Below are positions 28,321-45,694 of a stretch of DNA of 64,000 nucleotides, one piece after another. The DNA is from Eledone cirrhosa (taxonomy: Eukaryota). Below the pieces are notes generated by a model. It saw only the letters and a list, made by a program, of their open reading frames with translations, was not told the origin of the DNA and searched no databases. Each line of letters begins with the position of its first letter. The stretch's first letter is position 1. The stretch is taken from positions 156,798,001 through 156,862,000 of the forward strand of contig OZ024741.1 of NCBI GenBank assembly GCA_964016885.1, in the 5' to 3' direction. Position numbers and translations under genes: made by a program.

Positions 28321-28536
28321 CAGATCAGACTAAAAAATAAAATTAAAAAATTGATCATATGAACAAGCACGAGAAATAAAATAAATTCCGGAAACATACG
28401 TATCAAAATCTTATTAAATAAATATGTATATTTATGTGTGTGTATATGTACATATGTATTTATGTATATGTTCTGTGTGTATATGCATATATATATATAT
28501 ATATCTATATATAAATATTTATACATATAGATATAT

Positions 28537-28595
<59 letters not shown>

Positions 28596-28606
28596 CGTGT
28601 GTATGA

Positions 28607-28672
<66 letters not shown>

Positions 28673-29616
28673 TTGAATAGGTGAATATACATTTTTGAAT
28701 GCTTTTAATGTATTCTAGCATATTGCGTATAATATGTGTTGCATCGAATATAAACATCGATTCGACGTTCTATCCCCCCCCCCTCCTACACACATACACA
28801 CACTCCACAAAAAGCCCATCTATGCTAATATATTTAGTTACTTTGCTGCAATTTTATTTATAAATAATAGAAAGAAATTCATCAATTCATCAACGTTTGC
28901 ATATTAAAGAAAGAACAAGAAAAATAAAATATATAAAATTAGATAGCGAAAGTAAGGGGAAATTACTATTTTACATGATAAGGTACATCGATGTATCTAT
29001 TATATGGCATGTTTATTCCGATATCGCAATATTTTCTACATTGGTATTCAATGAATAACGTGTAAGTCTATGATCCATTATATTTCGTGTAAAACGTTTG
29101 TCATGCTGGTAAGGTGCTAGTAAGATTATGAGTGTGTGTATGTGAGGTAAACCCAGAGAAAGAGCTCTGAAATTTCTCTAATCTATGATGCAACTGAAGT
29201 AATGTATTGATAGGTAATGTGAGTATGTATGTACTTATGTTTGCATGTATATATGTATACATACACATATTCAGAAAATACTGCAAAAGGATGAATGCAG
29301 CGATTCTTTGCTTAAACTTTAATGTATACAAATGATAAATATTAGCTCTACGGTTTTTATATATATAATCCTTATCGAGCCCTCTTCGGACTTTAGTCTT
29401 CATAATTAATATTACGAATGAAACAGTTCTAGTCCTGTAGAATATCTTCTATATTGAAACTTTTATACTCTGTTATGTATTGAGTACCTTACTTACTGTG
29501 GTTACCTCCGATTCAACCCGGAATAACTTTCCGATATATATATATATATATAAATGAAAAGTATAGAAATTATTGTGAGCAAGAAGCCAACAGTATTCCA
29601 TAATATATATATATAT

Positions 29617-30920
29617 AACACGGAACCTTACATACCTAAAACACCGAGGATTAATATTAAAGACCATAAAAGTAATTTTGATTCAGATCTACCAGTTAGA
29701 CTTAAAACACTATCTAAATCCGACTTAGTAATCATAACTAAAAGCATACTGGACAGGATTATACCACCATTGCAGCTGAGGACTCAACTTAAACTATGGA
29801 ATGGAACCAACGAGTTTATAGAATGTTTCAGAGAACTAGAGAACAAACGTAGGACTAAATTTACACACACGGTTAATAGCTAGCAGCTACTCATCAATTT
29901 CCCCAATACCACTCAATAAAGCCCGAATATATGCAATGAAATAAACGGAACAGCCAGAAACCTATAACAGAATTCAACAGGGAATTATGGACACAAGCGG
30001 ACAGACCAGAAAAGTTTGACATCACTATGGGATCTACAGACTCAGCTCAGGTTACGGACCTTGTGGAAGTTTACATCCTACACCTAATCAAAAGAAGGAT
30101 TCCGGAACTGGGCGGAGGTTTGTACCACGATGACGCTCTTTTCACTTTACTTAATCAGGAAAAATAAATAGGAAAAATAAATAGGAAAAAGAAAATAATA
30201 ATAGACTTTTTAACATTTGGGGTCTTAAGCTAGAAATAGGAAATAACAGTAGAATAGCCAACTTCCTCGACATAACACTAAGCCTTAATTCAGGCCTATA
30301 CTACGCATACCATAAATCAAATGAAAACCTCAATTATGTTAGCTACTATTCAAAACACCCTAGAAACGTTAAAAAGGCCATAGTCAAAAGTGTAGAACAG
30401 AGAACCTCTAGACTCTCAGCTAATAGGGATATATTCGTTACTATAATAATGCATAGCTAGAGCCGGTTACCAGGACAAAATTGAATACATACAAATAGAT
30501 AGAAACAATTACACACCCACATATAGACCCAGACAAACCAATGGCATAAACACTAGCAAAAACACAATTAACGGTAAGGGAAATAATAGGGGTACTCGAA
30601 CCCAAAACAATACAGACAGTATAAACCCAGCTCCAAATAAATATAATTCAACTACCACCATAAAATTAAATAAGAGGGTGAGATCCCAGTCCGTTATGTG
30701 GTACAATCCACCCTATTCCTTAGGACTAAAAAAGAAAAACATAGCTAGATTTTTGTTAACACATTAGATAAATGTTTTCCAAAATCACACAAATACAATC
30801 AAATCTTCAATCGACACATGATGATTAAACTTTCTTACTAAACAACCAAAAGCATTGCCCAGAATATAGCGAAGATTAACAATAGAAATCTGAGAATTAA
30901 ACATAAAGAGATAACACATA
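29617..30920 (+). mobile_element. Degenerate Naiad-like PLE RT fragment
   Basis: IKDHKSNF..SKSDL..SILDRI, FDITMGSTDSAQVTDLV, GGGLYHDDAL, WYNPPYS. Confidence 0.85.
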
Positions 30921-31348
30921 ATAGCAAGCATAAAAACACTGATAGATTAAACAGTGACTCGAACAACTGAGATAATACCATTAACATAAATGAGACAAAC
31001 CAACGGACACATAACTATTAGTTAATTTAAGGTTTGTTCACGACTTTTCGGTCAAGTTGTTTTTCCAAGACCACCCAGATTATCTGTACTTGATTTGGGG
31101 CTCTTTTGTCTTTTCTGTATTTTCCTTTTTGAGTAAACATTTTCCGATTCATTTTCATCGACACAGGTTGAACAAGTTGGTCCCCGGGGCTAACGAAACA
31201 TACGTATCTGGTATGGCACCATTGTAGTAACTGGCCTTAATAATCATATTCAAAATCGGCCTACCGCCTTGGGTTGCTTTATACTTTGGATATTTTCACC
31301 TACCTTACCTATTCCTATATATATATATATATATACACATACACACAC

Positions 31349-31426
<78 letters not shown>

Positions 31427-31571
31427 TTTAATGGATTGTAACCTTAAGTTACTGCTGGATCCGTTTGAGTATAGTACGTGGTGGTGTACATTTGGTGTTA
31501 TACTATGGTCGATTTCCTTCATAATAACTAGGAACGAGGTGACAGAGTATCATCATTAATTTTACTACGGT

Positions 31572-31652
31572 GTGACGCGCGTTTCGCGATTGATCAGTTC
31601 AAGGTTCAATGTGTATCGATGGGCCCCGACTCGAATCAATAGCTCTTCAGAC
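31572..31652 (-). ncRNA. Type I hammerhead with enlarged stem II loop
   Basis: CTGAAGA - gctattgat/atcaatcgc - GAAA - CGCGCG - TC; stem I only ~2 bp. Confidence 0.65.
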
Positions 31653-31741
31653 TTTTGGTTTCGTTAATAGGACTGAGAATGAGAACTGGTGGGATGACCA
31701 ACCACTAAGATAGAGAAGCGGGAGCTTTCTCGGGGATGATC

Positions 31742-33382
<1,641 letters not shown>

Positions 33383-33426
33383 TTTCGCTCTACATGCTGA
33401 TTACAATAAATGAAATCTGAGGTTTT

Positions 33427-33695
33427 CGAATATTAATAATTGTTTCTACTTTAGGCACAAGGCCAGCAATTACCCAGTGCATTACTGGTACTTTATTTTA
33501 TCGACCCCGTAAGGATGAAAGGCAAAGTCAACCTCGGCGGGATTTGAACACAGATCGTAAAGGGACGATCTGAGTTCAAATCCCGCCGAGGTTGACTTTG
33601 CCTTTCATCCTTATGGGGTCGATAAAATAAAGTACCAGTAATGCACTGGGTATTGCTGGCCTTGTGCCTAAAGTAGAAACAATTATTAATATTCG
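33427..33695. mobile_element. Palindromic SINE dimer (two 5'-truncated copies head to head)
   Basis: About 131-bp near-perfect arms around a 6-nt spacer aaaggg (33559-33564); same family as 50444-50632. Confidence 0.92.
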
Positions 33696-34374
33696 TTTGC
33701 AATTTTGCAAACAAGCCTCAATTCTATAGCCATGTCAGGAGAATGAACACTTCATTCTTGCTCTTATGTTGTCATGTGAACAGAACTGCAGACACTAATG
33801 TTTCTGGGTATCACCCTTCTTCACTACAGCTTACTGTTCACCTGCCAAACTGTCAGAGCTAGTGAAAATATATGCTATTTTCAAAAATACATAGTGATTG
33901 ATCGGCCTGATTTGCATATTAGCATACTGGCTATATATATATATACGTTTATGTCATTGTTTTGCAAGATTGTTTTTATGTGAGAAACAACTATTGTTAT
34001 GCTTGGGTTGGTCATGTTGCCAATCTTCCCAATAAAACACACTGTTTGAGTTTCACTTCAACTTTATTATTAGTTATAAATTTCATTCATTTGTGCATTT
34101 AGAATGTATTTCTCCTGCTTATTTTCATTTCATTTCGCTCTTTCGTATGGTTCCTTCCTTTGATTCAGTAAAGGGAACAGAAAACACAATACACCACAGA
34201 CTAGATGCAAAAGATCGTCATAAATAAAAGGATGTGAAAGTCTGCAGCCTCTAAATATTATTGTATTGACCTATAATTGGGCATACTTCGAAATTTCATC
34301 AATTCAAACACGAGCGTAGTGAACATGAGATGATTGGCGAATATTTTGAAAAATGGAACGCCCTAATATATATG

Positions 34375-34429
<55 letters not shown>

Positions 34430-34432
<3 letters not shown>

Positions 34433-35468
34433 GTTAATATGCCCACGGGTACTAAGTACCCCTGGAAATATATAGGTTGTCTATGATACACGATTGTTCA
34501 ATGGTATTAATTTGACATACCAGAACTATAATATTGAGATAAGCAGAACAAGCAAAATTCAAACAATTTTTTAAAATAAATTAAAAAATATAATTTAAAT
34601 ATTTACCCACTCAAGTTGCTTTTACCTATCGGTTTCAATTCACAAAACACTAGAAATCCATGTGGACCTCCAGTGGAAAAGTCAAGACCATCAGAGAGCA
34701 TTTTCCTTTCCTAGGACAAAAGTCCCAGGAACGGCAAAATATATTGCCATCTACTAGCTAGCACAGGATCGAATGAGGCCAAAAGTTGACCTGTACATGA
34801 ACCAGTCCGTAGCAAAAGCGGGAGTAAACATAGACGTGTTGTCTACTCCACCACTAAAAATAGCAGCCAAATAGAACAACAGATTTGTTCTCTACATAAC
34901 GGAGAATATTAAATGAAGTTAATATGCCCACGGGTACTAAGTACCCCTGGAAATATATAGGTTGTCTATGATACAGGGTTGTTCAATGGTATTAATTTGA
35001 CATACCAGAACTATAATATTGAGATAAGCAGAACAAGCAAAATTCAAACAGTTTTTTTAAATACTTAGTACCCGTGGGCATATTAACTTCATTTAATATT
35101 CTCCGTTATGTAGAGAACAAATCTGTTGTTCTATTTGACTGCTATTTTTAGTGGTGGAGTAGACAACACGTCTATGTTTACTTCCGCTTTTGCTGCGGAC
35201 TGGGGCATGTACAGGTCAAATTTTGGCCTCATTCGATCCTGTGCTAGCTAGTAGATGGCAATATATTTTGCCGTTCCTGGGACTTTTGTCCTAGGAAAGG
35301 AAAATGCTCTCTGATGATCTTGACTTTTCCACTGGAGGTCCACATGGATTTCTAGTGTTTTGTGAATTGAAACCGATCGGTAAAAGCAACTTGAGTGGAT
35401 AAATATTTAAATTATATTTTTTAATTTATTTTTAAAAATTGTTTGAATTTTGCTTGTTCTGTTTATCT

Positions 35469-35471
<3 letters not shown>
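34430..35471. mobile_element. Retrozyme-like non-coding element, ~485-bp monomer: ~1.3 copies minus + ~0.85 copy plus
   Basis: gaagttaatatgcccacgggtactaagtacccc at 34430 and 34915; inversion at ~35061; HHR in each arm; (TA)n flanks. Confidence 0.85.
35305..35388 (+). ncRNA. Type I hammerhead with branched stem II region (mirror 34617-34700, minus, A9G)
   Basis: tgctct-CTGATGA-...-GAAA-CCGATCGG-TA-aaagca. Confidence 0.65.
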
Positions 35472-35544
<73 letters not shown>

Positions 35545-36195
35545 AATCAATGGTCGGACTATACTTGTGTCCCTGTGTGTATTAAGTACTTGTAGGAACA
35601 CATACTTTTATTATATTTATATATATATATATATATAGATAGATAGATAGGGAGAGAGAGAGAGAGAGACGCCACCTACACCCACAACACGCTTAAACCC
35701 CACACACGCGTGCTTTCCACCACATATTTATACCCTCAGCCTCCTGATTCCTCTCCTCTCCCCCCACCCCTCTATCCACACACGCACAGACACTCCGACC
35801 CACCTACCCCCACACACACACCTCTTCCTGAACATGCAACCCCGTTCTTCCCCCAACCCTTACTTTCACATACACACACACACACACGCACACCTACACA
35901 CACACACCACCTTCAGCCCTCCCCGCTCGGACACCCCGTCTCCCTCTCCCCACTCCACCCGCCACCACCCCTACACACCCCACACCCTTCCACCACCTGT
36001 TTACCCCCCTTTTAATTTCAGTTTATTTTGATCATGCCTTTATTTTTAAATTTATCTCATTCCTTGTATTTTGATCATGCTTTATTTTTATTTTTATCTT
36101 TATTTTTTATTTTTTCATTCGCACCGTTTCCTTTCGCTATATGTCTCTCCACCACTCCCCTACACACCCTTTGAACTCTGTTCCCACACACTTCT

Positions 36196-36229
36196 CACCT
36201 AAGGAAGGGCTTATGCCCGAAACGTCGTC
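36196..36229 (+). ncRNA. Minimal PLE-type hammerhead, G5A mutated
   Basis: CTAAGGA-a-gggc-ttat-gccc-GAAA-CG-TC in a pyrimidine-rich 3'-UTR-like module (35670-36318). Confidence 0.6.
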
Positions 36230-36316
36230 CCCCACCAACACCCCACTCTCCAGAGCGTGAAATTAATAAACATTCGTTGTACTGCCTCTCTGTTTTGTCC
36301 CTGTTCAAATTTTTCC

Positions 36317-36516
<200 letters not shown>

Positions 36517-36687
36517 CAATATCGGAGAAAGCTTTTTAGCGATACTCCGGCCAAATTCCAACTCACTCAACAAACATTAGGAAATAAGTGATTATATTCC
36601 TAATTATGCGTTCGGGGTGCTAACTAAAAGTATTGCGTGGAAAATTGGCTGTATTATTTCATATGAGACATATCGAATATATCTCTT

Positions 36688-36814
36688 CCCAGACGGACGT
36701 CTCGTTTCATTATAGGATTCCTACAATTTTGGTGAAATTATACCAATTTATGTAGGAGCTTGTATACCATCAATAGATATATATTCAAATGGGCTCCTAT
36801 AATTCATCAGTGGG
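36688..36814 (-). ncRNA. Type I hammerhead with large stem II insert
   Basis: ccca-CTGATGA-attatagga...tcctataat-GAAA-cgagacgtccg-TC-tggg; perfect 9-bp stem II. Confidence 0.75.
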
Positions 36815-37020
36815 TGCCCCAATAATACTAATATTGATAATCTAACTAACATCAGTATTTAGCGATAATCATCATCAGTGCCTGAGGTATCTGTCAGGTT
36901 GCTAGTCCAGCAGTTCTAAAGAAATGCTCAAACTGATTCAAAAATGAGGAAGTAAATTACCGCCAAAAAAAACAATACATGCGCATGACAATGAACTCTA
37001 AAAGGAATTCAGGCCACGTG

Positions 37021-38095
<1,075 letters not shown>

Positions 38096-38126
38096 ATATA
38101 TATTTATATATTTATATATATATATT

Positions 38127-38342
<216 letters not shown>

Positions 38343-38629
38343 ATTCAGCGAGAATCGTATTTCGGCTGGTAGAAAAAGCGAAACGAAACGCAAAATCATA
38401 GAAATGCTGGCAAGCGCTCAATATTTAAAAAACTAGAGCTATACAATATTTTAAAACGCCATACAAACTGAAAAAGTGGTTAAGAAGGCATTAACCACCT
38501 AAGCCAAAAAAACAAATCAAGCTAAACAGGTCAAACAAAATAAATGATAAAAACCTGGACCCAAATATACATATAACTCTGATTTTGCGTTTCGTTTCGC
38601 TTTTTCTACCCGCCGAAATACGATTCTCG

Positions 38630-38721
<92 letters not shown>

Positions 38722-38725
<4 letters not shown>

Positions 38726-38967
38726 TAAATCATGTCCTTAGAATTATTAGATAAAATATATACTATTTCCTCTTCCAATTAGCATAATTAACCATATAAA
38801 AAATCAATTCGACCAAGCTATAAGAATAAAGGCTCTTATGAAGAAATTGGGAGAGGAAATGGTATATATTTTATCTAATAATTCTAAGGACATGATTTAT
38901 GATATATTGCTCTGATTATTTAATTTATTAATTCTTCATAGAGCCAAAAAGTGACCGGTTGCAACAT
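38722..38967. mobile_element. Twin-arm mini insertion
   Basis: tcataaatcatgtccttagaattattagataaaatatatac..caatt has its inverted copy at ~38846-38902, which extends ~65 nt further. Confidence 0.8.
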
Positions 38968-39071
38968 ATATATCTATAACTTTATGTATATGTAAACCTT
39001 TATATATATAAGTTGAAATAGAATGAAACGAAATTTCATTTCTCACTCTTAGTACGGCATTTACATACATA

Positions 39072-39152
<81 letters not shown>

Positions 39153-39155
<3 letters not shown>

Positions 39156-40178
39156 TTACGTTAACAAGTTATCGTTATAGGTAATCCAGTTAGAGGTTGT
39201 GAGTACTCTGTATTGTGAATAGTTTTAACGTACGGCGTTGTTTGACTCAACAAGAGGTTTCCATAGTTAGGTAGCGCGTTCGCGAGAATTCCTATGCAGG
39301 TTATTCTTGGAGTAATAATAGTGAAAGATTGAAGAATAACATGGTCGGCTGTACAAAAAGGGTTTTATTTCAAGTATTAACAATTGTTTCATTGATCAGG
39401 TGAGTCTAAAGGCCGCTAATCACTCGAAATTACGTCACTCGAGTGACTGACAGCTAATAACGGTCCATACCACTCCACTGTTATTAGCTGTCAACTAGAT
39501 CAACATCATAAATCTCCTAACCTTTCTTTCACTCTCTCTCCCTAAAGCCACATTACGATAAGACAATCAGCATGCGAGACATTTACCACACAACGCATAT
39601 ATCAAAACTCACCATCTCAATTTTTAGCCTCTATCTACTTATCTACTCCTTCTCCATCCTTAGCCCTACCCCTTATGTCTCATCCTCGTATGTCTTCCCC
39701 TCTCACTTAATTTTTAATTTATTATTTTTTCTCTTTAATCTGTCATTTTTTATTTTCTACTCTAACCCTCTGAGATTTGACCACCACGTATATATGCCTG
39801 TACTTGATGTTGCTTTTCATGTTAGTATTATCTTTACACATACACTTACTCACTACCACCACTATTATCAGCAATCGCATTCTGTACTTATTATTTTTTT
39901 GTACTTATTTTTTACATTTGTACCATCTTTATTCTATCTTCTTTACCTCTTTCTCATTATCTTTTTTTATTGATGTTATTGTTTTGATTCTCCGTTGTAT
40001 CTCTATATATACCAATGCCATATGTAAAACCTCCAGTATTCTGATGATTTGATCAGCGGTAAACACTGCATTTAAGGTCAAGTGACGCAACTTCGAGTGA
40101 TTAGCGGCCTTTAGACTCACCTGATCAATGAAACAATTGTTAATACTTCAAATAAAACCCTTTTTGTACAGCCGACCA

Positions 40179-40180
<2 letters not shown>
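39153..40180. mobile_element. Twin-arm non-coding insertion with HHR
   Basis: 39340-39438 is inverted at 40081-40180; the left arm is ~190 nt longer; (TA)n flanks. Confidence 0.8.
40035..40147 (+). ncRNA. Type I hammerhead with large stem II insert
   Basis: agtatt-CTGATGA-t-ttgatcag...ctgatcaa-t-GAAA-CAATTG-TT-aatact. Confidence 0.78.
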
Positions 40181-40217
<37 letters not shown>

Positions 40218-40759
40218 TAAGAATGTTAACTGCAATAACAAGTGAAATAGCCAAGCAAGTATTATAATAATTAAGGTAATGGTAAACATTTGACATTAGA
40301 TTATGTAAAGAAAAGTAAGAAATATAGAAATACAAATAATAACCTGAGGAGCAGCAACCGTTATGGCTGGACATAGTCTGTTGTGTGAAGTGAACACAGT
40401 ACTTAATAATAAACAAAACAAAAAGCAATGCGAACTAATAAATGCCCTATACCAAAACAGCAAAACACATTTGTACTTGTGGAATTAATAAAATTAGATG
40501 TTAAACACAAAGCTCTACTAATAATGCAAACGACGGTAAAGAAGAATTTAAATAAGAACAGCTAAATAATTTTAATGAGTATTGTAAACACACAAAATTA
40601 GATAAATCCTACACAAATCCATCTAACTCCGCTTCTGAGTTAAATATAAATACTGAAGATACTGATAAATAAGAACAACCCAAGGCACTTCCTCGAAACT
40701 TATATAACAAACAACATAAACAATAACACAACAAATCACAATTGATTATACAGATTACG

Positions 40760-41520
40760 TAATACTTTATGGTTTAATCAACTATACTCAGTTGGACTGG
40801 AAATGAACATAGCGAAGCTGTCTTTCAAGTATGAGATAAGCGTTTCCTGAAACCACATAAATACAATAGGATATTTGATAGACATACCGCTAAACTATCG
40901 TACTTTACAACACAGAATATTACCCAACATATAGTTAAAATTAATTACAATAGCTTAAGTAAAGGACGGAACGGAGCAGATAATGTGATCGATAAATTGA
41001 ATGAACTTCACAACCAAGATACCCGGATGAATATTCGGAATACAAACAATATGCCCTCTAATGATAACATACTCCACTTAAATTCACTACATATCAAAGG
41101 CACTGTACTCTCTGAATATAGAAATAACCGCACTATTAATAGGAATTCGAATAACACCCTATCCGTATAGCCTATGTGCAACTGCAGAAACCCTAAGATA
41201 TACCTTTTCGAAAATAATTGCCTCCAAACGTATATAGTTTATGAGTGTAGCGTTATTACCAATAATAAATTGTATAAATATATAGGAGCGTCCACGACCA
41301 GATTTAAGGACAGATGGTATAGCCCTCCCTCTTTCAATAATAAATATAAACGAAAGAGTACAACTCTCAATTGATTTAGCAATTAGATCAGTGTATCCAT
41401 ATAAATGGGGCACTAATATTTGTAATTTATGTAGTAGGAAACTATGAAAAATGTTAGAAACGGGTCCAAAATTGACAATACAACTCCTGCCTTCTTAAAC
41501 TATATAAAACATATTTAAAA
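40760..41520 (+). mobile_element. Degenerate Naiad-like PLE linker + GIY-YIG fragment
   Basis: CNCRNPK..NCLQTYIVYECSV..YIGASTTRFKDRWY; upstream HTAKLSYFTTQNI. Confidence 0.8.
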
Positions 41521-42400
41521 TTCTATAAATAATATTAAAAAATGACATACATTTCAATTATAATATGATACAACCATGCCAAACTGCAAAGATCTATTTC
41601 GCAACATTTGACATAGACCCCTAACGAAGAAAACCGAGTAACCAGGAATAAGTAATCGGACTCTATCAACCCGAAAGCTTACTAACTCATAAAATCATTA
41701 TCTTAACTATTATCAATCTTTCTGTAATAACCACATATTAACTTTCCATACATATCCAGAATAAAACTAAAATACCGAACTACCACAGATTCATAAAAAC
41801 GGATTAGTGGGAATTCTCTGACAACTTCCCACGACCTCCATGTGAAAGTATGAACTGAAAACACAAAGATGCAAGCTAAAACATCATACTGTTTATCATT
41901 ACAAGACTAACGTTCTATACACTAACAACCTTAAAACCAAGGTATGCACATTTCCTATGTACTCACATACACAACTACCCATACTCTAGTGCAATACAAT
42001 CATTCTAATTACACTATCCGCAATTAAATATAAAACACCACCATTGCTCTTCCAAATGTACCCTAAATCTAAAATTAATCTTAATCTGATATTAGTAACT
42101 AGTAAGTAAATAATTTCAATAATGATCTCTAAGTTCCCTGCACATTCACTGTTCACATATATAGGTCCATACACGAGATACAACAATAAACCCCGAAAAT
42201 ATTAATTATCAATGTTACCTGAAATTTACCGACTCAAAAAGTATTAAACTAAGTACTATAAATACCTAAATAAAAATATCTGTTCTATGAATTGTGTTCT
42301 GTTTTGTATGTATATATACCCCATATAGAATTCCTATTATTAGGTCATTCTATGTCATCCCTCATAGCTTATAGAATTTCCCCATACATTTGATACACAC

Positions 42401-42517
<117 letters not shown>

Positions 42518-43299
42518 TGTGTGTGCTTGTGTGTGCTTGTGTGTGTGTGTCTGTGTGAGTGTATATATATGTGTGTACGAATAAGCGTTAAGACAGAATT
42601 GTGTTATTACAAGATTCTTTAATCTATTGTGCGGATTTTATCAACGCCAGTGCATTGCACTAATAGTAACTTAGTTATATTATCGTAGCTTAGACTGGAA
42701 TGGCTTCATCAGATTATTTCGTATTTACGCAGATGTTACATACGAACAAGTTTAAAAGTGTTGATATGGTTTGTCGAGATACACCCCTCTATTAAGGTGT
42801 GTTTGCTTAGCATATGAATTCAATTATGGAAATAAACCGTTCTCTTCAGTTTGTAATTCAATAGACTGTTCTTATTTCTTTGTTTCAAATTATGGCATTC
42901 TCTTCTGGTGGTCTCATGTCGTGTTAGTTATGATGCCTTGTCTCACATACTATTATGCCTGAATATTCGTTGTTATATTCGGTATATAACTATTTGCTGA
43001 GATAGCTACACAGATAAGATGTATACGACATAATATTTACACAGGAATAAAAAAAGAGGAGTACAAAGGAATAAAAGGGATAATGAAAATAATTTTTTTA
43101 AAAAGAGTAAAAAATGTAATAAAGAGGAATAAAGACGGAATCAAAACATGAATAAAAAGGAATGAAAGAAATATTAAAAAGAAAAATAAGAACGGGATAA
43201 TGGATTGCCTTTAACCAGATCTGCACTGTAATTTCCGTTTAAACGATTATCTATTTATCTAATGCACTAGGTTGCAGAATGGTATGTTTAGAAATGTTT

Positions 43300-44900
43300 T
43301 AGCTAATGTGTGAAGGCATGTGCTAAAAAAAGGTCTGTTCACGTATTAATTACGTGGACCCCACTTATAAGTATTTTTTTAGCTTTTGATACGCATAAAT
43401 TGCAGATACGCAACACGCATTCTTTGATTGTGCAGATCAAATCTTCCACCACAAAAAGGATTACTCTATATTACTTAATTTTAGTTCCCCTACTAATTTT
43501 GATAGAGCTGTACTTCTTTGTCTAATCTTTTAAACGCGTAGCACTAAATTTCCATTCATAAATAATATTTTTCTGTACGTATTCACCCACCCATACAAGA
43601 GGGCACATATCAGGGTTCATGCAATAACATTTTTGTTTAACTGAAGATTTATCCGAGATCGTATTAGTATATCAATTCATTCTACGGCTAGGATTTCTAA
43701 ATCTTTGTGCTTGTGTTGGTGGTGATGGAGGGGAGGTTATCATTTCGTGCCGCTTCAACAGGGTTACTAGGATAGTTCAATGTATTAAGGTTATTATTTC
43801 TATTGTCCATCTCGTTATGTAGTTTCCCTAATTTAATGTGATTAATACTAGCTATATTTTAGGCCACGTTTTGAGTCGTAGAGTAGGATAGCTTAAATGT
43901 GTGTCTTTAATACACGTGGGATTTCGGGAACCATTTGTTTCCTATAGAATAGCTTAACTATGTCCATTTATAATTCGGCAAAGTTTAGTGGATTATCCCA
44001 CAAAATATTGCATGTTAAATTTCTTGTAGATGCGTTAGAACATGTTGTTTTGTTCTTTATCCGGGTTTCTATTTTTAGGTTTGTGTTTGACTGTTCCGAG
44101 GCTAGTGTAATTAATGTAAATAATTATTTGCTTGATTCTAATTCTGGTATTGTGAAGTAAGCGCATTTGTACAGGGGATTGTGTGACTAATCCATTAGGG
44201 CAGTTCGTGTGTATCAGTATTCGTGTGTATGTTTTTTTTTTATATTGTGTAGTTGGGTGTTTGATATCGCTTGATTCTCTGTGCTGGTTTTGTCTAGTAG
44301 GGTCATATCTAGATATCTTAATCTTTCCATAGAGAATGTCCATTTATATTTCTTGGTGTCCTACTTTCTACGACACCGGTGACCTTTCACATTACTTGTC
44401 ATTCCTGTTTCAGTAGGCATTTATTGCCCAGCATCTAGTTGGTTCTTGTGACTACTTCGAGTTCGGCCACTATTCGAATTCGTGCAGTTAGTTCCAGCTC
44501 TACCATTCCTATGACTGTTGTGGTGTGTAACAGGTAGTTGCTGGTGTAGCTCTCTCTGTCGTTTTTCTTACTTTTCTCTTAATTCTATTCCCAGTTTCCA
44601 TATCAATGCTAATATATTCAGTGTATTTGTGTATGTATTTTACCCACGCTTTGTATTTTGCCTTAGCAAGGGTATCGTTATAATAATCAGTGTTATTATT
44701 AAAGATCTTCTAGTTCACTAACAGTTTTGAAACGCTCTTAACTCTGGCCTTCAGTTACCGTCCTGGGATAGTTTGAGTTGGCATTTATATAATTTTGGTT
44801 TGGAAGGTGTAATAGAAACCGTATTCCAAGTTTAGGGTTACGTCTAAGAAAATAACTATTTTCTATTCTGTTCTATCTCAATTTAAGGCCGATGTTTCTG
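43300..44900 (-). mobile_element. Highly degenerate Naiad-like PLE fragment
   Basis: Minus-strand remnants YINANSNYP, IFNNNTDYYNDTL, HTFKLSYSTTQNVA, CYCMNPDMCPL. Confidence 0.6.
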
Positions 44901-45174
44901 AATAGTTTGATGAGTGTCCTCTTCCTTTTTCTCATATTACTACTTTGGTTGAGTAAAACAAACGATAAAATCCACCACAATATATATCCATTTATTCCTC
45001 AGCTTACCTCTATATTGTTGTTGTCATTATTATGTGCGCTTATAAGTATGTGTATTTATATGTATGTATATATTCATATATATGTATATTTATACATTTG
45101 TATGTGTTTTTATGTATATACATAAATGTATTATGTATACACACTATATATATATATATAGATATATATACATT

Positions 45175-45227
45175 AAATGTAAGTATGTATGTATACAGTA
45201 TATATATGTATACAGACGTACAGTAGC

Positions 45228-45266
<39 letters not shown>

Positions 45267-45380
45267 CAGGCACATATATATATATGCACGTATCAGTTTA
45301 CCGAACATTTATTATAATGTTCGCTTTGTTCGTTTGTAAACAAATACGTGCAAATATATATGTGTGCCTGTATGTATATA

Positions 45381-45426
<46 letters not shown>

Positions 45427-45538
45427 CATGCTACTGTACGTCTGTATACATATATGTATATACGTATACATACATACTTACATTTAAGTAAGTGCCGTAC
45501 TAAGAGTGAGAAATGAAATTTCGTTTCATTCTATTCGA
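45175..45538. mobile_element. Twin-arm fragment of the 468-bp retrozyme-like family
   Basis: Same two termini as 59655-61533; inversion near 45345. A ~65-nt version lies at 39011-39074. Confidence 0.82.
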
Positions 45539-45552
45539 TATATATACACATA

Positions 45553-45634
<82 letters not shown>

Positions 45635-45694
45635 TATAGATAGATATATAATATATATATGTGTGTGTGTGTATCTATATATATAGATATATAT

